Below, piece after piece: positions 7,892-15,831 of a stretch of 32,000 bases of DNA. Where the stretch lies: the NCBI GenBank assembly GCA_900234795.1, contig LT962688.1, positions 2,520,001-2,552,000 on the forward strand. The letters run 5' to 3'. A program made the translations under genes and the position numbers. Position 1 is the first letter of the stretch, and each line of letters starts with the position of its first letter. The stretch comes from Methylorubrum extorquens. GTDB lineage: Bacteria; Pseudomonadota; Alphaproteobacteria; Rhizobiales; Beijerinckiaceae. Under the pieces are notes generated by a model. It ran no database searches, was not told the origin of the DNA, and saw only the letters and a list, made by a program, of their open reading frames with translations.

Positions 7892-8689
7892 ATGTTCTTC
7901 CCGCTCTCGAAGCTGATCTTCTTCGTCCTCACGCCGTCGAACTTCCTGATCCTGCTGGGGCTCCTCGGTTGCCTCCTGCTCTTCACCGAGGCCGGCCGCG
8001 GGATCGGACGGGTTCTCACGGTCGCCAGCTTCGTCGGGCTCCTCGTCGCCGGGCTCTCGCCGCTCTCGGCCTGGACGCTGGCGCCGCTGGAGAACCGGTT
8101 TCCGAGCTTTACCGATGACGGCACGCCGGTGACAGGCATCGTCGTGCTCGGCGGGACGGTCGAGGCCGATACCTCGATCGGCCGTGACCAGATCACCGTC
8201 AACGAAGCGGGCGAGCGGGCCATCGCCCTGGCCGACCTCGCCCGGCGCTACCCGCAGGCGCGTCTCGTCTTCTCCGGCGGCGCCGGCAGCACGCGCGAGG
8301 ACGCGGTCTCGGAGGCCGAGATCGTCAGCCGTTACGCCGACACGCTCGGCGTGCCGCGCAACCGCCTGATCCTGGAGCAGCAATCGCGCAACACCCACGA
8401 GAACGCGGTGTTTACCGCGCGGATGGTGCAGCCGAAGCCGGGCGAGCGCTGGCTCCTCGTCACCTCCGCCTGGCACATGCCGCGCTCGATGGGCTGCTTC
8501 CGCAAGGCCGGGTTCGACGTCACCGCCTATCCGGTCGATTATCGCACCAACTGGCCGCGCGATGCGTACCGCCTCGCCAGCTTCGCCTCCGATGGTCTCG
8601 GCGAACTCGATATCGGCGTGAAGGAGTGGGTCGGAATGATCGCCTACCGGCTCACCGGCTACACCGACGCGGTGATGCCGGCGCCCTGA
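7892..8689 (+). CDS. DUF218 / YdcF-ElyC family membrane protein
   Basis: This is the 3' part of ORF 7622..8689. ATG at 7892 gives MFFPLSKLIFFVLTPSNFLILLGLLGCLLLF (TM segments), then ...GIVVLGG...LVFSGG...SRNTHENA...LLVTSAWHMPRS, the DUF218 signature. Confidence 0.8.
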   Translation: MFFPLSKLIFFVLTPSNFLILLGLLGCLLLFTEAGRGIGRVLTVASFVGLLVAGLSPLSAWTLAPLENRFPSFTDDGTPVTGIVVLGGTVEADTSIGRDQITVNEAGERAIALADLARRYPQARLVFSGGAGSTREDAVSEAEIVSRYADTLGVPRNRLILEQQSRNTHENAVFTARMVQPKPGERWLLVTSAWHMPRSMGCFRKAGFDVTAYPVDYRTNWPRDAYRLASFASDGLGELDIGVKEWVGMIAYRLTGYTDAVMPAP

Positions 8690-8696
8690 ACCGCCG

Positions 8697-8960
8697 TTAC
8701 GCCCGCGGCAGGCTCAAGCGATAGATCCCGCGGAAATCGTCCGGATCCTCCACCGGCTTGCCCTTGCGCAGGATCTGAACCCGGCCCGCCTTCGTCAGCC
8801 GCACGGCGACGCGGCGGACCGGCTGCATCAGCGGGCTCCAGCCATCCGGATGCGGGCCGCCGAGCGCGCGGGCGATCTCGGAGGGGCAGCAGGTCTTGTC
8901 CGCCCCGCGCTCGCTCACGAGCCGCAGCATCGTCTCTTCGATCGCGGCTTCATCGGCCAT
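8697..8960 (-). CDS. DUF3253 domain-containing protein
   Basis: ORF 8697..8960 with an ATG start. The motif pattern ...CCPSEIARALGG...WSPLMQPVRRVAVRLTKAGRVQILRKGKPV...FRGIYRL is typical of DUF3253 as I remember it. It overlaps the stop of the upstream DUF599 gene by 11 bp. Confidence 0.65.
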   Translation of the reverse strand: MADEAAIEETMLRLVSERGADKTCCPSEIARALGGPHPDGWSPLMQPVRRVAVRLTKAGRVQILRKGKPVEDPDDFRGIYRLSLPRA

Positions 8961-9663
8961 GTGGGTCTCCCTCGGCGAGCAGAAAGGCGCGAATCCGCGA
9001 GGAGAACTGGCGCCGCCACATCACCCAGACCACGCTGGCGGTGGCGAGCATCATCACCGGCGCGCTCACGAACCAGCCGAGATAGGCCAGCGCGAACAGG
9101 AAAGCACGCTGGCCTTTGGCGAAATGCGAGCCCGCCGCCACGTTCATCGCGCCGGCCCGCTCGGCGGCGCGGAGCATCACCGCCTCGGAGGCGCCCGAGC
9201 CCTTGGGCGGGACCGCACCAATCAGGATCGCGCCGTAATTGAACAGCCGGTAGGCCCAGGCGAACTTGAAGAAGGCATAGACGAACACGACGGCGAGCCC
9301 GGCGACCTTGATCTCCCAGGTCTGGCGGGTCGTCCCCGCGCCGAAGGGCAGCGCGGAAAACAGGTTGAGCACGTCGTCGCCCGAGCGCGAGAGCGTCAGC
9401 ACCGAACCGAGTGCGATCAGCGAGGTCGAGGCGAAGAAGGCGGTGCCGTTCTGAAGCGAGGCGTTGATCGTCGTATCCACCACGCGGTTGTCGCGGGTGA
9501 TCATCTGGACGGCCCATTTGTGCCGCTGCCGATTCATGATCTGGCTGAGGCTCAGCCGGTCGCCCCGTCGCCGCTGCACGGCGAAGCTGTAGCCGGCCCA
9601 GGACGCCACGAAGAAGAGGAGCGCCGCGAAGTCGAGCGGGGAAAAGGCGTGGAGGTCCCACAT
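8950..9663 (-). CDS. DUF599 family membrane protein
   Basis: This is the 3' part of ORF 8950..9861. ATG at 9663 gives MWDLHAFSPLDFAALLFFVASWAGYSFAVQRR...SLSQIMNRQRHKWAVQMITRDNRVVDTTINASLQNGTAFFASTS..., a multi-TM profile. The upstream part of the track ORF is Arg/Pro-rich and non-protein-like. Confidence 0.7.
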   Translation of the reverse strand: MWDLHAFSPLDFAALLFFVASWAGYSFAVQRRRGDRLSLSQIMNRQRHKWAVQMITRDNRVVDTTINASLQNGTAFFASTSLIALGSVLTLSRSGDDVLNLFSALPFGAGTTRQTWEIKVAGLAVVFVYAFFKFAWAYRLFNYGAILIGAVPPKGSGASEAVMLRAAERAGAMNVAAGSHFAKGQRAFLFALAYLGWFVSAPVMMLATASVVWVMWRRQFSSRIRAFLLAEGDPHGR

Positions 9664-9764
9664 GGTCAGGGCGTCGTCATCGCGGTGTCGTCTCGCCGGT
9701 CCGGGTGGGTGTGCTGCCCCGGCGGCTACAGGCCGGCGGCCCGGCGAGCAAGCCCTCGACCTGT

Positions 9765-10049
9765 CTAGGCGCGGATGTTGAAACCCGCGCCCGGAGCGGG
9801 CTCGGCCTCCTCGCTCACCTCGATGCCGTCGACGCGCGCCGCGAACGGACCGCGTCGGCACGCGGCGAGCAGCGCATCGACCGACTCGGCGGGGCCCGAG
9901 AACAAAGCCTCGACGGTGCGGTCGGGCAAGTTGCGGACCCAGCCCGCAACGCCGTGCCGGTCCGCCTGCTTCTTGGTCCAGGCGCGATAGGACACGCCCT
10001 GCACGCGGCCGCGGATCACGATGCGGATGGTCTTGTCGTCGGTGCTCAC
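9765..10049 (-). CDS. acyP: Acylphosphatase
   Basis: ORF 9765..10049 with a GTG start. It reads IRIVIRGRVQGVSYRAWTKKQADRHGVAGWVRNLPDRTVEALFSG, carrying the acylphosphatase signature V.G.VQGV.FR and GWV.N. Confidence 0.85.
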   Translation of the reverse strand: MSTDDKTIRIVIRGRVQGVSYRAWTKKQADRHGVAGWVRNLPDRTVEALFSGPAESVDALLAACRRGPFAARVDGIEVSEEAEPAPGAGFNIRA

Positions 10050-10101
10050 GATGGAGGGGACTCCCGGTTCCGTGCCGGAGCCGGGAGCCTCGCGCTTCCG
10101 G

Positions 10102-10300
10102 CTAGCGGGTGGCCATGGCGGCGGAGGCCGGCGCGGCCTCGGTGCGGCGCGCGGCTGCCGCCTGCGGATGGTCGATGAGATACCACGCCGGCGAGATGCA
10201 GAGCACGCCGCCGACGACGTTGCCGAAGCAGCACGGCGGAGAGCGGGCTGCCGAGGAGGTTCCAGCCGGAAGTTGCGCAGTTCAAGTACCAGGGGTCGCT
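10102..10300 (-). pseudogene. Possible degraded C-terminal remnant of a formate/nitrite transporter (FNT) family channel
   Basis: No intact ORF is present. One minus frame reads ...DPWYLNCATSGWNLLGSPLSAV. The adjacent frame reads ...CCFGNVVGGVLCISPAWYLIDHPQAAAARRTEA...TR, ending at stop 10102-10104. GN..GG followed 7 residues later by WYL resembles the FNT C-terminal helix (FocA ...TIGNIIGGGLLVGLTYWVIY). This call rests on recollection only. Confidence 0.25.
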
Positions 10301-10323
10301 TCGAACCGTGCGCGTCGCGCAGG

Positions 10324-10755
10324 TCAGGCCGGAGTGCGGCGCTGCCAGCCGCGGATTTCCTGGAGATAGGGCCCCGGCAGTTGAGCCGCCTGGCCCGCCG
10401 CGAGCACGGCTTCGAGATAGCCCGGCCGCGGCAGGCCGCCGGCTCCGCTGCGGCCGAGATAGATCAGGGCCGGCTTCGTGCCGCCATCGGTGACGATCGG
10501 CTGATAGGCCTTCACGTAGAGGCCGCCGGCCACACCCTCGTAGCGGTCGAGGGCCGGCACGTCCGAGAGCGCCAGTTCCCACAGCACGCCCCAGACCGTG
10601 GCGCCCGGCGCGCGCACCACCGAAGCCCAGCCCTCCCGCATGATGATGAAGCGGTGCCGCGGCAGACGACCGCGCCCGATCAGCTGCGAGGCCGGGCAGC
10701 GCTGAGCCATGGCGGCGGCGTCCATGTTGGCGCCGTAGGCAAAGTAAAGGGGCAT
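10324..10755 (-). CDS. Gamma-glutamylcyclotransferase (AIG2/GGCT-like) family protein
   Basis: This is the 3' part of ORF 10324..11340. ATG at 10755 gives MPLYFAYGANMDAAAMAQRCP...RFIIMREGWASVVRAPGATVWGVLWELALSDVPALDRYEG. The upstream part of the track ORF is antisense to pccA. Confidence 0.75.
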   Translation of the reverse strand: MPLYFAYGANMDAAAMAQRCPASQLIGRGRLPRHRFIIMREGWASVVRAPGATVWGVLWELALSDVPALDRYEGVAGGLYVKAYQPIVTDGGTKPALIYLGRSGAGGLPRPGYLEAVLAAGQAAQLPGPYLQEIRGWQRRTPA

Positions 10756-10943
10756 GTCTTCGGGGCGGATGGAGTGGCGTGCCCGCGCTCCGGCGGATGC
10801 GGTCGAAGACCGAGGAGATCCACCCCCGATCCTCGTCGTGCGTCTCCAGCCCGGACGTTCGGCAGAGGGCGAGCGGTCGTGCAGATCGCGACATCGTCGC
10901 GCTGAACGGCCGCTTCGCTCACGCCGGCAGGCGCGTCCTGCGA

Positions 10944-12947
10944 TCAGGCGAATTCCAGGATCACGGCATCGACCGCGAGGCTGTCGCCTTCCTTGGCGGC
11001 GATCTTGGAGATGGTGCCGTCGCGTTCGGCGCGCAGCACGTTCTCCATCTTCATCGCCTCGACGATGGCCAGCGGCTCGCCGTTCTTCACCTCCTGGCCC
11101 TCGCTGACCATGATCTGTTTGACCAGGCCGGGCATCGGGCAAAGGAGCTGCTTGCCGGAGCCGGCATTCTCCTTGACCGGCATCAGGTCGGCGAGTTCGG
11201 CCTCGCGGCGGGTGAACACCCGCGCTTCCGCCGCCGCGCCCGCATGCTGCAGGAACACGCCGTTGAGGAGCGGACGCACCTGGATCGCGACCGACTGATC
11301 GCCGACCGTGCCGCTCCAGACCGGCGCACCGGGGCGCCACGCGCTGCGCACGGGGGCTGTCGTGCCGTCGTCGAAGGTGACGAGGAGGTCGTCGCCGTCA
11401 GGATCGACGGTGACGTTGAAGCGCTGGCCGGAGAGCACCACCACGCGCTCGCGCTGGAAGGTCAGCAGGCTCGGGTCGCGCATCTGGCCGGAGATGCCGC
11501 GCTTGCGGATGTTGAGCTTGTGGTCGATCGCCGCCGCCACCGCCGCGAGCCGATGGGCGACCGGCCCCTCGGGCTCGGGTGCGATGAAGCCTTCCGGGAA
11601 CTCCTCCTTGATGAAGCCCGTCGAGAGCCGACCGTCGCGCCAGCGGGGATGGGCCATCAGGGTGGCGAGGAAGGGGATGTTGTGGCGGATGCCCTCGATG
11701 GCGAAGGCGTCGAGCGCGGTCGCCTGCGCGTCGATGGCCTCCAGCCGGGTCGGCGCCCAGGTCACGAGCTTGGCGATCATCGGATCGTAGTGGATCGCGA
11801 TCTCGCCGCCCTCCTCCACGCCGGTATCGTTGCGCACGATCGCCCCGCCGAGCGGACCCTCCTCCGGCGGCTGGTAGGTGGTTAGCCGGCCGATCGAGGG
11901 CAGGAAGTTGCGGGTCGGATCCTCGGCATAGACGCGGCTCTCGACCGCCCAGCCGTCGAGCTTCACCTGATCCTGCGTCAGCGGCAGCTTCTCGCCGGCG
12001 GCCACCCGGATCATCAGCTCGACGAGGTCGAGCCCGGTGATCATCTCGGTGACCGGGTGCTCCACCTGAAGGCGGGTGTTCATTTCGAGGAAGTAGAACG
12101 ACTTGTCCTGGCCGGCGACGAACTCGACGGTGCCGGCGGAGTCGTAATTCACGGCCTTGGCGAGCGCGACCGCCTGCTCGCCCATCTTGCGGCGGGTCTC
12201 TTCGTCGAGAAGCGGCGACGGCGCCTCCTCGATGACCTTCTGGTTGCGGCGCTGGATCGAGCACTCGCGCTCACCGAGATAGATCACGTTGCCGTGCTTA
12301 TCGCCGATCACCTGGATCTCGATGTGGCGCGGGTCGGTGATGAACTTTTCCACGAAGACGCGGTCGTCGCCGAAGGAGGACGAGGCCTCTGACTTGGCGC
12401 GGGCGAAGCCCTCGGCGACCTCGTCGGCCGATTCGGCGATGCGCATACCCTTGCCGCCGCCGCCCGCCGACGCCTTGATCATCACCGGATAGCCGATCTC
12501 ATTGGCGATCGTCACGGCGTGCTCGGGACTCTCGATCACGCCGAGGAAGCCCGGCACCGTCGAGACCTCGGCCGCGGCCGCGGCCTTCTTCGACTCGATC
12601 TTGTCGCCCATGGCGGCGATGGCACCCGGATTGGGGCCGATGAAGACGATGCCCGCTTCCGCCAGCGCCTTGGGGAAGGACTCGCGCTCTGAAAGGAAGC
12701 CGTAGCCCGGATGGACCGCCTGGGCGCCGGTCTGCTTGCAGGCGTCGATGATCTTTTCGATCAGAAGGTAGGACTGCGCGGCGGGCGCCGGGCCGATATT
12801 CACCGCCTCGTCGGCCATCGCGACGTGGACCGCATCACGGTCGGCGTCCGAATAGACCGCCACCGTCTTGATGCCCATTTTCTGGGCAGTCTTGATGATA
12901 CGGCAGGCGATTTCGCCCCGGTTGGCAATCAGGATCTTATCGAACAT
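10944..12947 (-). CDS. pccA: Propionyl-CoA carboxylase alpha subunit (biotin carboxylase + BCCP)
   Basis: This lies within ORF 10944..13052. ATG at 12947 gives MFDKILIANRGEIACRIIKTAQKMGIKTVAVYSDADRDA... It has the ATP-grasp motif MIKASAGGGGKGMRIA and the C-terminal biotinylation motif AIVEAMKMENVL. Length is 667 aa. The PccA versus other acyl-CoA carboxylase assignment is by overall resemblance. Confidence 0.8.
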   Translation of the reverse strand: MFDKILIANRGEIACRIIKTAQKMGIKTVAVYSDADRDAVHVAMADEAVNIGPAPAAQSYLLIEKIIDACKQTGAQAVHPGYGFLSERESFPKALAEAGIVFIGPNPGAIAAMGDKIESKKAAAAAEVSTVPGFLGVIESPEHAVTIANEIGYPVMIKASAGGGGKGMRIAESADEVAEGFARAKSEASSSFGDDRVFVEKFITDPRHIEIQVIGDKHGNVIYLGERECSIQRRNQKVIEEAPSPLLDEETRRKMGEQAVALAKAVNYDSAGTVEFVAGQDKSFYFLEMNTRLQVEHPVTEMITGLDLVELMIRVAAGEKLPLTQDQVKLDGWAVESRVYAEDPTRNFLPSIGRLTTYQPPEEGPLGGAIVRNDTGVEEGGEIAIHYDPMIAKLVTWAPTRLEAIDAQATALDAFAIEGIRHNIPFLATLMAHPRWRDGRLSTGFIKEEFPEGFIAPEPEGPVAHRLAAVAAAIDHKLNIRKRGISGQMRDPSLLTFQRERVVVLSGQRFNVTVDPDGDDLLVTFDDGTTAPVRSAWRPGAPVWSGTVGDQSVAIQVRPLLNGVFLQHAGAAAEARVFTRREAELADLMPVKENAGSGKQLLCPMPGLVKQIMVSEGQEVKNGEPLAIVEAMKMENVLRAERDGTISKIAAKEGDSLAVDAVILEFA

Positions 12948-13174
12948 CGCAGCCGCTTCTTGAGGGTGACTGTCCCGACCTGCCCCTCCCGAAGGCAAGC
13001 CCGAACGCATCCCGATAAAGCACTTATGCGAGAGACGGAAGCTGTGCTGCACTCCCCAAAAGGCCAGCTTCGGTGAAATCCGATTGAAGGGCCGTCAATT
13101 CGAATTTCGATGGGGCTCGGATGCTAGCCGCGGGGCCGATGCCGTCGGCGCATCTGGGCTCAAAACTGAATTCA

Positions 13175-13633
13175 TCATGCAGCGCAGGGCATGCGACCGG
13201 TGCTGCACGCGGAGGCCTTGGCGATTGCGCTCTTCGTCGTCGCGCTCTTGGCCTTGAGGGCGAAGGCGATCAGCGTCTCGTCGCTGGTCTCGGCCTCGCG
13301 CACGATCTCCATGGCGATGCGGCTGCCCAGTGCGGTCGGGCCCTTGCGGCCGGCGATGGAGGCGGAGAGCCACGCGGACATCTCGCGGGTGATGATGCCG
13401 GTGGGGCGCTCGCCGTAGACGGCGAAGTTCACGACTTCCACCGTGACGAAGGTGGAGAAGCCCTCGTGGGTGTCGGCGACGGCGCGGTCGAGCGCCAGCA
13501 GCAGGTCGGCCTCTTCGCGGCCCATGATGCCGTCGGGGAGGATGTCGCGGGCGAGCTCACGAACGTCGTCCTGGTTCAGGCTGCCGGCGTCGACGATGCG
13601 GGTGCAGAACAGTTCAAGCGCAGTGTTGGTCAT
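13175..13633 (-). CDS. Hypothetical protein (about 152 aa, acidic, no motif I can name)
   Basis: This lies within ORF 13175..13726. ATG at 13633 gives MTNTALELFCTRIVDAGSLNQDDVRELARDILPDGIMGREEADLLLALDRAV... Composition looks protein-like and third codon positions look GC-rich. No family assignment is possible from memory. Confidence 0.5.
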   Translation of the reverse strand: MTNTALELFCTRIVDAGSLNQDDVRELARDILPDGIMGREEADLLLALDRAVADTHEGFSTFVTVEVVNFAVYGERPTGIITREMSAWLSASIAGRKGPTALGSRIAMEIVREAETSDETLIAFALKAKSATTKSAIAKASACSTGRMPCAA

Positions 13634-13805
13634 GGTCTGGTGCCTTTCGAGCTGGTTGTTGCCGGTGTTCGTCCGTGTCTGTGCTGACATTACGGACCGA
13701 CAACGCTCGAAGAGGTTAATGGCCAAATCTGAACCCGTGTTCAGGTAAACGGCTGCTCACGATTGAGCCTTTCGAAAAGCTTGCTAGACCGAAGTAAGAC
13801 TCTCT

Positions 13806-14444
13806 TCAGCGAACCACGACCTTCGTCCCGACCGGCACCCGCTCGTAGAGGTCCATCACGTCCTCGTTGAGCATGCGGATGCAGCCCGAGGAGACCGCCT
13901 GCCCGATCGTCTCCGGCTCGTTGGTGCCGTGGATGCGGTAGAGCGTGTCCTTGCGATTCTGCGCGAGATAGAGCGCGCGGGCGCCGATCGGGCCGAACGG
14001 GCCGCCTTCCAGGCGCGACGGCAGATCGGGGTGGCGGCCGATCATGTCCGGGGCGGGGTTCCAGTCCGGCCATTCGAGCTTGCGATCGATCTCGGCCCGG
14101 CCGGTCCATGCGAGACCCGCCCGCCCCACCGAGACGGGGTAGCGCATCGCCTTGCCGCCGGGCTGCACGAGGTAAAGCCGCCGCTCGGCCGTCTCGACGA
14201 CGAGGGTGCCCACAGGCTCCCGGGTCGCGAAATCGACGGTGGTGCGGGCCAGGGCCGGATCGAGGGGCGCTTTCGGCGCGAGCTTCATCCAGGCGGCATC
14301 CCGCTCCGGCCCCGGCGGCAGCGGTGGAACGGCGGGCAATTCGGCGACGATGGGGATAGGTTGTGCGACCTGCGCCGTCTGCGACTGGCAGGCCGCCAGG
14401 GGCATGAGGCCCACGAGAAGCGCGAGGGCGGGCGAAGGGCGCAT
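13806..14444 (-). CDS. L,D-transpeptidase (YkuD family) lipoprotein
   Basis: This lies within ORF 13806..14606. ATG at 14444 gives MRPSPALALLVGLMPLAAC (lipobox). The catalytic motif is YRIHGTNEPETIGQAVSSGCIRM. Confidence 0.85.
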   Translation of the reverse strand: MRPSPALALLVGLMPLAACQSQTAQVAQPIPIVAELPAVPPLPPGPERDAAWMKLAPKAPLDPALARTTVDFATREPVGTLVVETAERRLYLVQPGGKAMRYPVSVGRAGLAWTGRAEIDRKLEWPDWNPAPDMIGRHPDLPSRLEGGPFGPIGARALYLAQNRKDTLYRIHGTNEPETIGQAVSSGCIRMLNEDVMDLYERVPVGTKVVVR

Positions 14445-14744
14445 GACGGGGCCGGTCGTTCGAAGAAAGCCACCGCAAGTTGAATGCGCGTTTGTGGCCA
14501 AGCTTGGACCGCGATCCGGCCGGTTGTGGACGAGATCGATCCGAGCCCCTGTCCTGGTTTGCGTTGTTGCGCGCGGGCGCCAAGATCGACAAGTTCGAGA
14601 AAACAAGAGCGGTGGCAGGTCCGGCGCAAGATCGGGCGCACCGCATCGGCAACAACACGCTCGCCCCGCTTTCGCAGGGCGGCACGTGACGAGGCGGGGC
14701 GCCCGAAAGGCGCATCACCGTCTTGGGCACCGGGAGAAACGGCC

Positions 14745-15674
14745 CTGAGCACCCTCTACGTCACCCATCCGAGCGCGGTCGAACACGTGGTCCCGACCGG
14801 CCATCCAGAGCGGCCGGCCCGCATGCAGGCGGTCGAGCGCGCCCTCGAGGACGAGCGCTTCGCCGCCCTGGTGCGGTGCCACGCCCCGAGGGCGGAGGCT
14901 TCGGTCGCCGAACTCGTCCACCCGGCGTCCTACGTCGAGACCATCGTCGCGGCCTCGCCCGACGAGGGCTTCTTTCAGATCGACGGCGACACGCTGATGT
15001 CGCCGGGCTCGCTCAACACCTGCCTGCACGCCATCGGCGGGTCGAACCATGCCGTTGATGCGGTGATGAAGGGCGAGTGCGCCAACGCCTTCGTCGCCAT
15101 GCGCCCGCCCGGCCACCACGCCGAGCGCGACCGCGCCATGGGCTTCTGCCTGTTCAACCACGCGGCGATCGCCGTGCGCCACGCCCAGAAGGCGTTCGGC
15201 GCCACCCGCGTCGCGCTGGTAGATTTCGACGTCCACCACGGCAACGGCTCGCAGGATATCTTCTGGGCCGACAAGACGGTGATGTACGCCTCGACCCACC
15301 AGATGCCGCTGTTTCCGGGCTCCGGTGCTACGGGTGAGCGGGGCGACCACGACACCATCGTCAACGCGCCGCTCAAGGCGTTCGACGGCAGCGAATTATT
15401 TCGCGAAGCCTTCGAGGCCCGGATCCTGCCGCGGCTCGACGCCTTCGCGCCCGACCTGATCGTGATCTCGGCGGGGTTCGACGCGCACAAGCTCGATCCG
15501 CTGGCCAACATCCAGCTCGACGAGGCGGATTTCGGCTGGGCGACGCGGCGGCTGATGGAGGTCGCCGACCGCCATGCCGGCGGTCGCGTCGTGTCGATCC
15601 TGGAAGGCGGCTACAGCCTCGACGGCCTCGCCCGCTCGGTCGCCGCCCACATGGATGCGCTGATGGGGCGGTGA
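14745..15674 (+). CDS. Histone deacetylase-family (acetylpolyamine/acetoin-utilisation type) amidohydrolase
   Basis: This is the 3' part of ORF 14484..15674. It reads LSTLYVTHPSAVEHVVPTGHPERPARM...RPPGHHAE...DFDVHHGNGSQ...SAGFDAH...LEGGY. No ATG, GTG or TTG lies between the Arg-rich upstream junk and the conserved N-terminus. The best start is CTG at 14745, with GGAGA 8 nt upstream. The start is uncertain. Confidence 0.8.
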   Translation: MSTLYVTHPSAVEHVVPTGHPERPARMQAVERALEDERFAALVRCHAPRAEASVAELVHPASYVETIVAASPDEGFFQIDGDTLMSPGSLNTCLHAIGGSNHAVDAVMKGECANAFVAMRPPGHHAERDRAMGFCLFNHAAIAVRHAQKAFGATRVALVDFDVHHGNGSQDIFWADKTVMYASTHQMPLFPGSGATGERGDHDTIVNAPLKAFDGSELFREAFEARILPRLDAFAPDLIVISAGFDAHKLDPLANIQLDEADFGWATRRLMEVADRHAGGRVVSILEGGYSLDGLARSVAAHMDALMGR

Positions 15675-15831
15675 CGGGCACCGCCTCGGCCGGATGGCCT
15701 ACCCGTGCCAGGATCAGGGTGATGAGCACGGCGTTGGCGGACAGAGAGGTTCCGGCAACACGGCTCAGCGCCGGCACGGCCGCGCTTGGGCGCAAGGGGC
15801 CGCGCGGACGCCGGCCCTCAGCCCCCTGCCC

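Noticed and set aside
14484-14744. An N-terminal 87-aa extension of the HDAC-family ORF from ATG 14484
   Set aside because: The peptide is Arg-rich and non-protein-like, and it covers the divergent promoter region shared with the L,D-transpeptidase gene. Conserved HDAC sequence starts at 14745.
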